A stretch of 64,000 nucleotides of DNA from the human T2T-CHM13v2.0 reference genome, Homo sapiens. The stretch is taken from the NCBI RefSeq assembly GCF_009914755.1, contig NC_060942.1, one strand, 5' to 3'. The notes beneath the pieces are model-generated. The model had not been told where the DNA came from. It saw only the letters and a program-made list of their open reading frames with translations, and did not search any database. This document shows positions 26,034 to 44,284 of the stretch, one piece after another (the first letter of the stretch is position 1; every line of letters starts with the position of its first letter). The translations under genes were made by a program, and so were the position numbers.

Positions 26034-26608
26034 TGCTGAGGCTTGAGTAGGTAAACAAAGTGGCTGGGAAGCTCGAACTGGGTGGAGTCCACCGCAGCTC
26101 AAGGAGGCCTGCCTGCCTCTGTAGACTCCACCTCTGGGGGCAGGGCATAGCTGAACAAAAGGCAGCAGAAACTTTTGCAGACTTAAACATCCCTGTCTGA
26201 CAGCTTTGAAGAGAGTACTGGTTCTCCCAGCATGGAGTTTGAGATCTGAGAACGGACAGACTGCCTCCTCAAGTGGGTCCCTGACCGCCGAGTAGACTGA
26301 CTGGGAGGCACCTCCCAGTAGGGGCCAACTGACACATCATACGGCCAGGTACCCCTCTGAGACGAAGCTTCCAGAGGAACGACCAGGAAGCAACATTTGC
26401 CATTCTGCAATATTTGCGGTTCTGCAGCCTCTGCAGGTGATACCCAGGCAAACAGGGCCTGGAGTGGACCTCCAGCAAACTCCAACAGACCTGCAGGTGA
26501 GGGTCCTGACTATTAGAAGGAAAACTAAGAAACAGAAAAGACATCCACACCAAAACCCCATCTGTACGTCACCATCATCAAAGACCAAAGGTAGATAAAA
26601 CCACAAAG

Positions 26609-27631
26609 ATGGGGAGAAACCAGAGCAGAAAAGCTGAAAATTCTAAAAATCAGAGCATCTCTTCTCCTCCAAAGGAATGCAGCTTCTTGCCAGCAACGGA
26701 ATAAAGCTGGACGGAGAATGACTTTGACGAGTTGAGAGAAGAAGGCTTCAGAAGATTGGCAATAACAAACTTCTCCGAGCTAAAGGAGGATGTTTAAACC
26801 CATAGCAAAGAAGCTAAAAACCTTAAAAAAAGATTGGATGAATGGCTAACTAGAATCAACAGCATAGAGAAGACATTAAATTACCTGATGGAGCTGAAAA
26901 CCATGCCACGAGAACTATGTGACGCATGCAGAAGCTTCAGTTAGCCGATTCGATCAACTGGAAGAAAGGGAATCAGTGATTGAAGATCAAGTGAATGAAA
27001 TGCAGCGAGAAGAGAAGTTTAGAGAAAAAAGAGTAAAAAGAAATAAAGCCTTCAAGAAATATGGGACTATGTGAAAAGACCAAATCTACGTCTGACTGGT
27101 GTACCTGAAAGTGATGGGGAGAATGGAATCAAGTTGGAAAACACTCTGCAGGGTATTATCCAGGAGAACTTCCCCAACCTAGCAAGGCAGGCCAACATTC
27201 AAATTTAGGAAATACAGAGAACACCACAAAGATACTCCTCGAGAAGAGCAACTCCAAGACACATAATTGTCAGATTCACCAAAGTTGAAATGAAGGAAAA
27301 AATGTTAAGGGTCGCCAGAGAGAAAGGTTGGGTTACCCACAAAGGGAAGCCCATCAGACTAACAGCAGATCTCTTGGCAGAAACTCTACAAGTCAGAAGA
27401 GAGTGGGGGCCAATATTCAACATTCTTAAAGAAAAGAATTTTCAACCCAGAATTTCATATCAAGCCAAACTAAGCTTCATAAGTGAAGGAGACATAAAAT
27501 CCTTTACAGACAAGCAAATGCTGAGAGGTTGTGTCACCACCAGGCCTGTCTCAAAAGAGCTCCTGAAGGAAGCACTAAACATGGAAAGGAATGACTGATA
27601 CCAGCCACTGCAAAAACATGCCAAATTGTAA
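26609..27631 (+). pseudogene. L1 ORF1 remnant
   Basis: atggggagaaaccagagc..; MKEKMLRVAREKG..PIRLTADLLAETLQ; internal stops and frameshifts. Confidence 0.9.
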
Positions 27632-27694
27632 AGACCATTGATGCTAAGAAGAAACTGCATCAACTAATGAGCAAAATAACCAGCTAACATCATA

Positions 27695-31500
<3,806 letters not shown>

Positions 31501-31742
31501 GAGAACACTTGGACAGAGAGTGAGGTACACCACACACCAGGGCCTGTTGTGGGGTGGGGGGACGGGGGAGGGATAGCATTAGGAGATATACCTAATGTAA
31601 ATAACGAATTAATGGGTGCAGCACACCAACATGTCACATATATACATATGTAACAAACCTGCACGTTGTGCACATGTACCCTAGAACGTAAAGTATAATT
31701 AAAAAGAAAAAAGAGAATTTCAATTTTAATTAGGTTACTCAT

Positions 31743-32116
31743 TGAAATGGTTTGGCTGTGTCCCCACCCAAATTTCATCTTGAATTATAGTTCCTATAAT
31801 GCTAATGTGTCATGGGAGGGAGCTGGTGGGAGGTAGTTGAATCATGGGGGCAGATTTCCCCATGCTGTTCTCATGAGAGTAAGTTCTCACAAGATCTGAT
31901 GGTTAAATAAGTGGCTTCTCCCTTCTCTGGCTCTCATTCTTCTCCTTCCTGATACCATGTGAAGAAGGACTTGTTTGCTTCCCTTTTTGCCATGATTATG
32001 AGTCTCCTGAGGCCTCCCCAGCCAAGCCAAACTGTGAGTCAATTAAAGCTCTTTCCTTTATAAATTACCCAGTCTCAGGTACGTCTTTATTAGCAGTGTA
32101 ATAATGGACTAATACA
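31743..32116 (+). mobile_element. THE1C-like MaLR solo LTR
   Basis: tgaaatggtttggctgtgtccccacccaaat...aaattacccagtctcaggtacgtctttattagcag..ggactaataca. Confidence 0.9.
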
Positions 32117-32589
32117 CTGGTGATGCTGATGCTGCTGTTGAGAGACTACAATGGGAAAATCACTGCTTTACAACATATGCTCCATCACATGAAGGGTAAA
32201 ATCTCTCTTATTTATGCTGGTCCCATAGTTAGTGTTCAACAAGCAGATAATAAATGAATAGTACTGCTGAAAGCCATCAAAATGCTTGCGAACTTTTATT
32301 ACATATAATTTTAAATGAGCCACCCTAGAGTAGGAAATCATCCGTACTTTGGTTACAAAAACAGTTGACAAGCTCAGATGCTTCCATTAAAGTAAAATAT
32401 TGTTTTTTACCTTATTAACCAAATGTATTACTAATAGATTTTTTATTATGTTTTCAGCATTTCTATAAATTTTGCTACATTTAATTTTTGCTCTCCATTT
32501 AAAGTTATATTTCAGAGCTTCTGCTTTTCCCATTCCAACAAGGGGTTGGGCATTGAGATTTTTTGCAGAAACGTCTCATGTCAATATTC

Positions 32590-33070
32590 TTATTACTGTA
32601 CAGTACAGTGGCATTAAGTAGATTCACATTGTTGTCCAGCCATCATCATCATTCATGCCCAGAATGTTTTCATCTTCTCAAACCGAAACTCTAAATCTAT
32701 TAAACAACTCATCATTTCTTCTCCCTGGCAACCACCATTCTACTTTCTGATTTTATGAGTTTGATTATACTAGCCACCTGCTAGAAGTTGGACCATACAG
32801 TATTTGTTCTTTTGTAACTGGCTTATTTCACTTTATGTAATGTCTTCAAGTTTCATCCATAGTGTAGCATGTGCCAAAATTTCTTTTCTTTTTAAGGCTG
32901 AGTACTATTCCATTGTGGATATATAGGCCACATTTTGTTTATTCATTCGTCCATCAATGGACATCTGGGCTATTTCTACCTTTGCTTATTACGAATAGTG
33001 CTTCTTTGAACATTGACATGCAAATGGTGTTTCACCATATTGTCTTCCACAGTGGTTACATTATTTTGCA
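32590..33070 (-). mobile_element. L1MB 3' end fragment
   Basis: tgtacagtacagtggcattaagtagattcacattgttg..cctggcaaccaccattctactttc..ttcatccatagtgtagcatg. Confidence 0.85.
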
Positions 33071-33809
33071 TTTATTTTATTTTTTAACTTGATTTTTCTC
33101 TTTCCCACTCAGCTATAATTGCCATTTAAGACTGTATCTCTGTGACTACTTCCAATAACAGGATGAAAGAAGCTACAGTAAAATTTACTGACTAAATAAG
33201 TAAATAAACCATATCATGTGTAAAATCCAATGTATCTGATTGTATGTTTTTAAATTTCCTTAAGATTTTGTAAAGTTAATTTATTTCTGAAATTTATTGT
33301 TGAAGAGGCATCAAATATGAGACCAGTTAGATCTATGTCCTCCAAAACAAGCTTGCTTTTTGTTTCATTTTTATACTTAATGCTTGTAGGGTTTTGTTGT
33401 TACACTTTTAATTTAAAAAGTTGTCAAGACCAAGTCTTGAGAGGGATTTTGTTTTATTAATTTTGTCTCAAATACAATTTTATCTTATGCTGAATTAGTC
33501 CATTTTTAAATTCAGGTGGTTTCCAGTTATGGCTTTGATTACTCCTTCATCTAATTATTCTGTTTTATTTTAGGAAGAATGTTTAGAAACATGAGATTCA
33601 ATATCTCATATCTCACTTCTATATACACTACCTTCTTCCTTATTCTATTCAACATAATATGCTTTGATGCTGCAATTTGGGAAAACTTTTAGGGGTTGTC
33701 ACATATGTTTGTGTTAAATAGTTTGTATTGAAAGGGTAGTGGTTGGCTTATGAAATGATTTCTCTAAATACTACTTTAAAGTCTCTGACTAAAGTCAATG
33801 TTTTTGGGA

Positions 33810-36510
33810 TTTCATGGAAAATGGTGACATACAATACTCTAAGAATTGGCCCTTCCACTGAAGCAATCAGTAAGGTAGCATAAATGACAGAATCGAGTTT
33901 TTTTTTTTAAACTCTGTATTCTAATCAAATACTTATAGTAACCAGGAGAGCACTTAATAAAGAGGCTGCAAAACTATAATAGGCCAGGCGCGGTGGCTCA
34001 TGCCTGTAATCCTAGCACTTTGGGAGGCCAAGGCCATCTCTACTAAAAATACAAAAATTAGTCAGGTGTGCTGGTGGGTGCCTGTAGTCCCAGCTACTAA
34101 GGAGGCTGAGGCAGAAGAATAGCTTGAACATGGGAGGCAGAGGCTGCAGTGAGCAAACATCTCACCATTGCACTCCAGCCTGGGTGACAGAGCATGACTC
34201 CATCCCCAAAAAACAAAAGCAAACAAACAAAAACTATAATAAAAGAATGTTGTGGCACTGTCACTCACCTGCCTACTATTGCCCATTTTCCTCCAGTTTG
34301 TCATTGACTACAGGGTTATCAGTCCGTATTTGTGACGCAGCTTTCTGGTGCTAGGGTAATGCAATACAAACCTTTTTGTAAAAAAAAAAGATGTGAATTT
34401 TGATCTGTTTCTTGCTTCCCTGAGGGGCCAGCACAGAGGCTTCCCTTCTTTCAGCCCAACCTTCACTCCCACAAGCCTGAGCAGCTTTCTAGGGGGCATA
34501 TGTCAGCAGCAGTTAAAAACATACTATCTGTGGGCAAGGAATTGCAGAACAACAAGAAAAGGGAAAAAAAGAAAGGCTGCTGAGGAGTATTCTTGGGGCA
34601 GTAATAGCTTTGAAGGGCTACCAAGTGCAGTATGTATGCTTAAGGTCTAATGCATGCACAGAAAAGGCCCGAGAAGCCTTAGATTAACATGTGTAGCTAC
34701 TCTTTGGACCACACACAAGCAGATGAAGGCTATGGGAGCTTTCAGGCAACCTAGGTAAGTACTGAAGGCATGTCCCAGTTCAATGGCAACTTTCAGAGAA
34801 TAGGGTAGTTCACTGTTCCTCTTCTTTTTGGCACCAGATATTTAAGAAAGTCTCTGTCAAGTCAATGGCTGGCTGCTGATATGACAGAAGACAGATTTTA
34901 GTGACCACACATGATAAGAAATACAGTATTTGCAAAAATAATTTGGGAAAGTCACTTTATGAAGTGCCACTGCAGCTCTCAACAATCAGCAGCAGCAAAC
35001 CATGGGGAGGAAGAAGGATCTGCTTTCCAGATATAATATTAAAAATGACCAGTCTTCAATAAAAACATAAGATATTCAAAGAAACAGGAAAATATGGCCT
35101 GTTAACAGGAAATAAAATGACAGAAGTTGTCTCTGAAGAAGCCCAGACATTGGACTGACTAGACAAAGACTAAATCCATTATCTTAAAATGCTCAAAGAA
35201 TGATGAGAACCATGGACAAGGAACTAAAGGAAATAAGAAGAATGGTATACAAACAAATAGGGACTATCAATACACAGGTAAAGTTGTATAAAGGAACCAA
35301 ATAGAAATTCTGGAGCTAAAAAGTGCCACACCTAAAAAGAAAACAAATACACTAGAGGGCTTCAGCAATGGTGTAGAGCAGGCAAAAGAAAGAATTAAGA
35401 GACTCAAAGAAGGGACAATCCAGTCAGCTGAGCAGAAAGAAAAAATTAATGCAAATAATGAAAAGAGCTTAAGGGACCCAAGGATACCAACAGGTACACC
35501 AACATACACACTAACAGAGTCCCATAAGGAGAAGACAGAGAAAAGATCAGGAAGACTTGAAGGAAGAATGTCCCCAAACTTCCCTAATTTGAAGAAAGAC
35601 ATGTGTCTACACATCTAAGAAGTTCACCAAATGCTTGTAGGATAAACCCAAAGAGATCCAAACCAGTACTCATTATACTCAAACTTTCAAAAGAAAAAGA
35701 AAAGGAGAGAATCTGAAAAAGCAACAAGAAAGAAGGGAATCATCATATACAATGGATCCTTCACAAGACTAACAGCTAATTTTGTAACAGGAAATATGGG
35801 GGCCAGAAGGTGGTACACTGGGGGGTAGTGTCATATTTAAAGGGCTGAAAGAATAACACTGCTAAGACTTGTATCAGGAAAAACCATACTTAAAAACTGA
35901 AGGAGAAATTAAGACATTCCTAGATAAACAAAGTTGAAGGGGTTTGTTGCAAGAAGACTTGTCTTATCAGAAATGTTCAAAGAAGTTCTTCAAGCTTGTA
36001 GTTCTCAAACTACAAGACAGTAAATCAAAGCTCTACAAAGAAAAACATAGGCCAGTAAAAAAGCCAGCATTACTAAATTTTTGACTTTTAACTCTTCTTT
36101 GTGTTTAGAAAGTGATATAAAAGAAAAATGCATAAAACAATAATTGTAAATTTATGTAAATGAACTTGCAATCTTTAAAGATGCAATTTGTGACAATAAC
36201 AGCAACATAAAATGTGAAAGTGTAGCTGCATAGGGACAGAGCTTTTCTTATGTTATTGAAGCTAAATTAGTTTCAATTCAAATTCAGTTTTTACAAATGT
36301 ATGTGATTGATTATAATCCCCAGGGTAGCCACTAAGGAAATAATTAATTAATATATGAGAAGTGAATACAACTAGTACATGTATGTATTATGTAGAAAAT
36401 ATTTACGTAATACAAAAGAAGTCAGGAAATGAGGAGCAAAGATCTAAGACATATAGAAAACACCATAATGGCAGAAATAAGTAAGTCCTTCTTTATCAGT
36501 AGGTATATTA
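33810..36510 (+). mobile_element. old L1M 5' UTR/ORF1/inter-ORF fragment
   Basis: Degenerate ORF1 (gaagaagcccagacattggac..ctagacaaagac; aaccaaatagaaattctggagct; gaaggagaaattaagacattcctagataaacaaa). Confidence 0.75.
33982..34229 (+). mobile_element. AluS with internal left-arm deletion
   Basis: gggaggccaagg|ccatctctactaaaaata; 12-bp TSD aaaactataata (33970, 34230). Confidence 0.92.
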
Positions 36511-36884
36511 ATTTTATTGTAAAAAGTGTTCCTCTCTATGTAAATTTTATCCATTTTTGGGTATCCAGATAAAGTCTTACCTCCTTCTTTAATTTTTTCA
36601 AACATTAGATAAAATTTCTCTTACATATAGGAAGAAAAAAGGTTTGAAGATTACTTTGGTTATTTCATTAAAGAAAACTAAACCTCAGTTTCCTCAATAT
36701 TATATAGAAAATCTAATGAGAACCATTATTTAAAAAGTCATACTTTTTGCACATCTCCTTTCTGTACTCCATAATTATTTTATATCTGTTTGTCTTTCTT
36801 TTTCCATAAACATGGACTTATATTATTTTTATAGGCATATAATTATTCATACAGAGCATTTAGTATAGCATATTATAATACTTA

Positions 36885-37100
36885 ATCAAACTTAGAAATC
36901 TGAAAGACTTTTAAGTTCTGGCTCTGACACCTGTTATAAATTTTGAAGATGAAAAAAGTTCATCTCAATTAGCCTTAACTTCTTCATTTATAAAATGGCA
37001 ATAATATTACTTATCTCTTGTGTTTCAAGTGATAATTCAAAGATACAATAATAAATGTAAAGTACTTAATAGTTATAAATAACAAATGGTTTATATTATT
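36885..37100 (+). mobile_element. MIR SINE
   Basis: aagttctggctctgacac..gccttaacttcttcatttataaaatggcaataata. Confidence 0.6.
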
Positions 37101-37911
37101 AGTACCATATTCACCTTAGTTAAATATTTCTTGCTCTTGATTGAAGGATTATTTATATTTTAGTAATCTATATTAGTTTTTACATAGTATCTGGAATATT
37201 TGTAATGGATTAAACTGTGTATCTGTTGTTATTTTTTAAAAAATCTGTATGTAGATACATCACTGATCTTTATTGCCAGGTCTGTCTGCTTGACGTCTCC
37301 AAAACAGACATCATGATTTCTCTTATTTCCCAACATTTCCTTTCCCATTCTATTCACTTAGTTTCTCAAAAATAAAATCAATCCTTCATCCCTGTCTTTT
37401 TCTCACACCGTACATTCATCCTCAGCTGATCCTGTGTTTTATTCAAAAAACTTACTCCAGAACCTATCACTGTTCCTATCTTGACCAAAGGTGCTTCCTG
37501 TTGCAGCACTTATACTGTGGGCCAGGAGGAAAAAGCAGGAAGAAATACAAACTTCTGTATTGAGATCACTTATCTTGGGATCTACAAAGAAAAACATTAG
37601 AGGCCTAATCTAAGGGAGGTAACACCAGATAGGATACGGGAGCACAGTTTCACCATTTACTCACAGAACACAATTGAGGAAGTTAATTGCCTATCTAGTC
37701 TCTGTTGACTCCTTCATTCTATTTCCTTGTTCTGTTTTCCCTTCATTCCACTCTCCTACCTTCCTATTACCTCTATTTACTTTTCATTTACTCTGCCTGT
37801 AGGTCATCTTTTAGTATATTACTTGAACTTTTATAACAACAGAAATTACCTAAATCACACAATTTTACATTTTTCCAATTGCTCAGGACCTACATTCAAA
37901 AGACCAAATGA

Positions 37912-38259
<348 letters not shown>

Positions 38260-40009
38260 TTAGTAGCTGAACAGCTTCCTTTATATTTATTTATTCCAAA
38301 AAAATTCTCTAAACTTTGGGAAAATTAGTTAAGAAAGACCTCTCAGTGAGCAGTAGACTGTCAAACATAGACTCCTCTACTGACACTTTGTTTTTTTTAA
38401 TTGGGGTAAGATATGACACAGGTATGAAAAGTAACCATTGCCAAAGTGAACTAATGAATATATTAATATTTATAAGGTGATCATTAAAGCATTAACTTTA
38501 ATTTGAATGATAATGCTGTGGGCAGACTTGACACTGTATTCATTTCCATATACAAACTTGATCCCTGTAAAAAACATTACCCATACTCACTCCCTCTTCA
38601 ACTGAGCATGATGAACAAAGGCCTTTCCTAGTCATGCTGGAACATGATCTTGAATTGATTGCACTGTGGGAAGACAGTCTTGCTTTTATATATTACCATT
38701 GTTTGCCTAATACCCAGGACATAAAAAAGAGATTTAGAGAAATATACACTGCACTTTGACTATAACATGCTTGTTGAAAATCCTCATCTCCGAAAATGTT
38801 TCAAATAATGAAGAAAATTGAGGCTTTTATGATATAAGGCAATTCATTTTAGAAATACACAACAGAAGTGCTAAAATAACTGAAGTGTTATTTAATTATT
38901 GGTAGACTGATATTATGTATCACTATAATAGCTGTTGCATGTTGCATAGTTATTTTAAATTACTGGTGGTACAAACACATTTTTATGGGCACATAAAAAA
39001 GTAAATTCCTTGTACCAGGCTTTATGAAAACTAGTATTATTCTATCCTTATATAGTTTTGAACTGCATTGGAAAACAATTGTATGTGTTTATTCAGGGTA
39101 ATATTTCTTTTTTTTCATTGGATTTGATTATAAACTCTTTCATGGCCAGTTGTTTTGATAAGAATACTGTGTAGCTAAGATCCAAGCATACTGTTTTTAA
39201 TACATATTATTCACCATTAAAATCCAGAAGATGATTTCTAACTTGTTTGTAGTTGTGAACATTAAGTATTTTCACATATATAAAGTGTCTAGCAGTGCTT
39301 GAACACAGAAGTTGCTAACAAATATCACTCATTGTTATTATTGCTACTATTACTACTAGTATATTCTGTGTTAATATTTTATGCTTCGAGTTTTAACCTT
39401 TTTCTCTTTATTTAGAATGAGCTACATTTCATTTCAGGCTACTTTAAGGCAGAGACCCTCTGTTTTGTATTTTATCTGGTACCTAGGACAATGCTGAGCA
39501 CATTGAAAGTGTTCAATTTAATTTAGATCATCAGACATTCATAAAATATTAGATTTGGCTATCGTGTGTTTAAAAGAAAGCCTAAGCTTCATTAGGGAGC
39601 CCCAGGCTGTACAGTGGTTTCCTCTCTTGTTTTGCCAATGTGATCCGTTGGTTAGAGTAAAAAAGCAAGGATTAAGCCATTTCTGTGGTTATTTTGTAAC
39701 ATCCTGGATCCTCTTTCCAGCTTCACCTTACGTGCTTGACAGAGTCTCCAGCCCCAGTGCCGTATTACAGAACCTTGCTTTCTGTGCTCCTCTTCTGAGG
39801 CTAGAATAAATTTCTAGAGTGATAGTCACACTTTCTAAATTAAATAGAGCTTCATTGCAACTCAGCAACTGTAATAACAGCAAAATGGCAGAAAGGATTT
39901 CTTCTCCATGAGTTCTTGTCCTTCAGAGTCTAGGAAAGCACTAGGCCATAACAGAGTAGGAGACAGGTATTGCAAGAGTACTAATTTGGACCATATGAAT
40001 GTTGTATAG

Positions 40010-40290
40010 TGAGGGCATTGCAATAATGGTGATAACAATGTCTATTAATTATTAACATTTCCCAGGCATTTTGAGATGCATATTGTCTAGTTCATTGTCA
40101 TAATTACTCCTTGTAAGATGGATATTATTATACTATTATGTCCATCTTACAGATGTTGAAATTCAATTCAGAAAGGTTAAATCACATTCCCAAAGTCATA
40201 TGGCTACTTAAAAGGCAAAGTTGAGATTTATAGCACAAGAAGTTTGAATTTCAAAGTTTATTTTTTTCCACTCTGCTATGCTACACATTT
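40010..40290 (-). mobile_element. MIR SINE
   Basis: tattatgtccatcttacagatgttgaaa..cagaaaggttaaatcacattcccaaagtcatatggct. Confidence 0.7.
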
Positions 40291-40442
40291 ATTTTAGGTT
40301 GTTATTTAATACTTTTGTACCTTTTTATGTCTTTAATTTTATAACCTCAGTTGCATTCCTAATCACACACTCGGCGATTGACTTAAACTTCACTTTATCT
40401 TGAAATTCAGAAGAATAAGTTGTAATCTTTTTTCCTTTCCTC

Positions 40443-40496
40443 TATGTATGTATGTATGTATGTATCTACCTACCTATCTAATCTATCATCTATCTG
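40443..40496. repeat. compound (TATG)n/(TACC)n/(TATC)n tetranucleotide repeat
   Basis: Direct reading. Confidence 0.85.
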
Positions 40497-41067
40497 TAAT
40501 TTCTTTATGTCGTCTTACAAAAATAAATACCCCTCATTTCTCAAACTAAGTCTTCTGCTTCTGCTTTTGCCTATACCACCTCGCCAGCTTTTGGACTTTA
40601 TTTTCTAAGAATAAAAGCCATTCTAGTTTCCTACATGAATATACATTTCTGTTATGTTAACAACAGACATATCTAATTCTTCCATACTGAGTAAGAGGAT
40701 GTGAAAGACAACACTTGAGTGCTGTCCTCAATTATAACCTTGGTTTGATTACTCTTTTAAAATTCAATAGTATTGACTTTTATAGTTTGAAAAATTCACA
40801 TCTGTACTGAATTTTACAGATTGAAAATCCTCACCTCATTTGATCCACACCTCATTTCAGACTTTCTACAATCATCTCCAGCTAAGTGTCTTAAATTCAA
40901 TTCATGCTTATTTTTTCTCCTATGGCCTAAAATGGCTAAAACCACTTTTCCCAGTGATCAGAAACCTTTGAGTCATCTTGTTCTTTTTTTCTTCATAGAT
41001 ACACTATTTTATTTTCCACCAAATAATTTTAATTCTGAAATGTCTCTTTGTCTCTCAGTTTCCATGA

Positions 41068-41363
41068 TTATTTTCTTTTTTGAGGCAAGGTCTGGCTCTG
41101 TCTCCCAGGCTGAAGTGCAGTAGCACGACCTTGGCTTACTGCAAACTCTGCCTCTGAGGCTCAAGCCATCCTCCCACCTCAGCCTCCTGAGTCGCTGGGA
41201 CCACAGGCACGCACCACCACGCCTGACTAATTTTTGTATTTTTAGTGGAGATGGGGTTTTGCCATGTTGCCCAGGCTGGTCTTGAACTCCCAGGCTCAAG
41301 CGATCCATCTGCCCTGGCCTCCCAAAGTGCTGGGCCTATGGGTGTGAGCCACCTCACCCAGGC
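41068..41363 (-). mobile_element. AluJ
   Basis: ggctcaagccatcctcccacctcagcc; gttgcccaggctggtcttgaactcc..ggctcaagcgatcc: AluJ diagnostics. Confidence 0.92.
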
Positions 41364-42080
41364 GAGAATTTAATTAACTAAGGGTTTTATTATAATTTAG
41401 AAAATCGTTTTAGGAACCACCAAACTCATTCCTCTGGCCCATTTTCCACATTTCACAAATGTGATCTCATTCTGCTGCTTACCTTTAGCTCTAACTTCTT
41501 GATCTCATTTTCTCTCTTGACCTTCTCTGGATTCCCCACCTACCTTACTCTTTCTACACCAAACTTTGCCTTTTCCCAGAAAATATCTTGCCCTTCCATG
41601 AATGCATAACTTGCCTCATATTTTTCTTTTCTGTTGTGATGTTCATCTTCTTTCTACATTTGTTGAAGTTGTCAATCATTCTCCAATTTATGTCAAATAT
41701 CACCTTCTTACTAAATCATTTCCTGATCTGCCAGGTAGAATTCAAATTTTTCTCCACTATGATTCTATAGAAATTTGCACATAGACTCTTCATAGTTATA
41801 GCAATGTTTTGTTGTCATTTTATTATGAAACTTAGAATTAAAGCTCTACAAAGTCTAAAAAGAATGAAAATTTTCTTATTTTGTTTCCCAAGAACATAAG
41901 CATGAGTCAAATTACATACTTGATACTCAGTATTTACCATTAACTTATCTAGAAGTCCTGAACCTGGGAATCAGTCATCTTTTACAATTTTTTAAACTAT
42001 AAAAGCATTTTTATAGTGATAAGTACTTTTTGCATTTCCTAGCTTCTCACTTTGAAGCACAAATGGGAGATATTATAGGC

Positions 42081-42213
42081 TTTATTATTATTATTTTAAG
42101 AGCTGGGATCTCACTATGTTTTCTAGACTGGACTCAACTCCTAGACTCAATTGATCCTCCTGGCTCAGCCTCCTGAGTAGGTGGGACTACAGGTGCATGC
42201 AACCACATGGAGC
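42081..42213 (-). mobile_element. FLAM Alu monomer
   Basis: Single arm: tctcactatgtt..ctcaactcctagactcaattgatcctcc..gggactacagg. Confidence 0.75.
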
Positions 42214-42920
42214 TTAAGTGTATTTTAATTCTACCTTCATTATTTGACATCTTCGAGGGATGATTTCATCACTTGATATCTAGAAATCTGGTTGTGCTGA
42301 GAATTAAATGTGATGGCATAAGTGACCTGTTTTACAGAACCTGACTGATATGTGATGCTTTGTGATCTTAACTTTCTTCTTTCACTGACTCATTCATTCA
42401 AAGTCCAATTTCACATCACTATTCTATGATTCTCCCTTTTGAAGTTGCCCTACTATTCTCAGTCAGAAATTCAGATTTTCTGTCTTTATTTTCCAATGCT
42501 TCATATTTGATCATTTAAAATTTGATTCTAGTCCCATAAAAGGCATATTCCATGAATTACTCTAAAATTTTTGTAGCAATTTTACTAGCACTCCATATAC
42601 ACCAGAAATCAATAACATTTTCAGGATTGATTAGCACTCCTGGAAGATGACATCATGTGCTGACTTTCCCTGGGCAGATCAGAAGCAATTAAGAGTACAT
42701 GAGGCAGTGTCTTTGTTCTCTCTCCAGCACCTACACTACCCTAACCTCAGAGTTTATACTCCTAGCCTGGAACTCGGTTTGAAAGAAAGAGAATGAGGCA
42801 ATAGACTTAAGGAAAATTACTTTTATTTTAAAATATTAACCTGTTAGCAACATGTTTGGGCACTTACTTATTTATTTATTTTTAGAAAATGTATTGAAAA
42901 TGGTTGAGATTTTACTCCTA

Positions 42921-43228
42921 GGCCAGGTGCAGTGGCTTATGCCTGTAATTCCAGCACTTTGGGAGACCGAGGCAGGTGGATCACCTGAGGTCAGGAGTTC
43001 AAGGCTAGCCTGGCCAACATGGTGAAAACCCATCTCTACTAAAAATACAAAAATTAGCCAGGCATGGCGGTGCATGCCTAAAGCCCCAGTTACTTGGGAG
43101 GCTGAGGCAGGAGAATCACTTGAACCCAGGAGGCAGAAGTTGCAGTGAGCCAAGATCATGCCCCTGTACTCCAGCCAGGGCAATGGAGTGAGACTCCATC
43201 TCCAAAAAAAAAAAAAAAAAAAAAAAAA
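42921..43228 (+). mobile_element. AluSx-like
   Basis: gatcacctgaggtcaggagttc; long pure A tail; TSD agatttta(c/t)tcct (42907, 43229). Confidence 0.95.
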
Positions 43229-43403
43229 AGATTTTATTCCTTAATTTTTTTTTGGCAAGGTAGCTATTTATTTCACTGAAATATTTATTTCAACCCTAAA
43301 TTCAAACAGAAAAATAGGTTTGTACACATCAAGTGTACTGAATGAAAATAAATGCGCATGCAATCTAATAGTGATAAGTAATTTTTGTTTATTCTTTTAC
43401 TCT

Positions 43404-44101
43404 TGTTAGTGGTGGAATGTATTTCAGTTACTCCAGGTTACTGGCAGCATATCCATATGAGTCCACAGCACCTTCAGCCCTTGCCTCCCCAAAAGAAAGA
43501 ATTCGACGGAGGGGCATGAAGCAGGAAACGAGACCTAGGCAAGTTCCAAAGCAGGAAAGGAGGTTTATTTTAAAAGATTTTAGAATAGGAAAGAAAGGAA
43601 AATTTGCTTGGGAGAGATCCAAGTGGGAGCCTGAAGGTCAAAGAGAGAAAAAGGAAAGACGGCCAAAAGCCCTTTTATTCAATCTTGATCCTGGGACTTC
43701 ATAGGCTCGCCTCTTTTCCCATGATTCTTCCCCTAGGATGCGCTTTCTGCTGTGCAGTGCTTTCCTTACCCTTTGGAAATGGGCAGCGCAGTGTGTTTAG
43801 GGAGTGTTACATGCCTGCCCATCTGAGGCTTTTTTCCTTTTTCCGTGTGCCCCCAGAACCTCATACTTCCCCATTTTGCCTCTTAACGTGCATGCCCAAG
43901 AAGCTGCTCCTCCCTGGGGTCTGCGTTCAATTAACACGAATGTTAACAGGTGTGGACCATCAGGAGATTTGTCTCTCCCTGACTGCCCAATTATTATTTT
44001 TAGAGCGGCAATGCTAATTGCCGAACTATCACCTGACGCTCATAGTGGGTGCAGGGAGAGCTCTCTCCTGTGTGCTCGTGCCTGTCTACCTACCTGCAAC
44101 A
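43404..44101 (-). mobile_element. MER50-family ERV1 solo LTR
   Basis: TG...CA ends, 4-bp TSD ctct; ccttgcctccccaaaagaaagaattcgacggaggggcat.. and gcctgtctacctacctgcaaca. Confidence 0.8.
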
Positions 44102-44284
44102 CTCTTAAGAAAATTTGAATCTAAGACAAATGTCAAAATAAGTCATTTGTATTAAACATGTTGTAGTGCGTAAGTTTGAAGGAAAAGTCAATAGGTTAAA
44201 ATATGGTGGACTTAGTGTGTGTGTGTGCGTGTATCTGTGTGTTTTAACTTAACCAGAAGGTAAATTCTTAAGTATTGTCTTAAA

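Noticed and set aside
41068-43228. Inverted Alu pair as an editing substrate
   Set aside because: Ubiquitous in primate DNA, the subfamilies are divergent, and there is no evidence of transcription.
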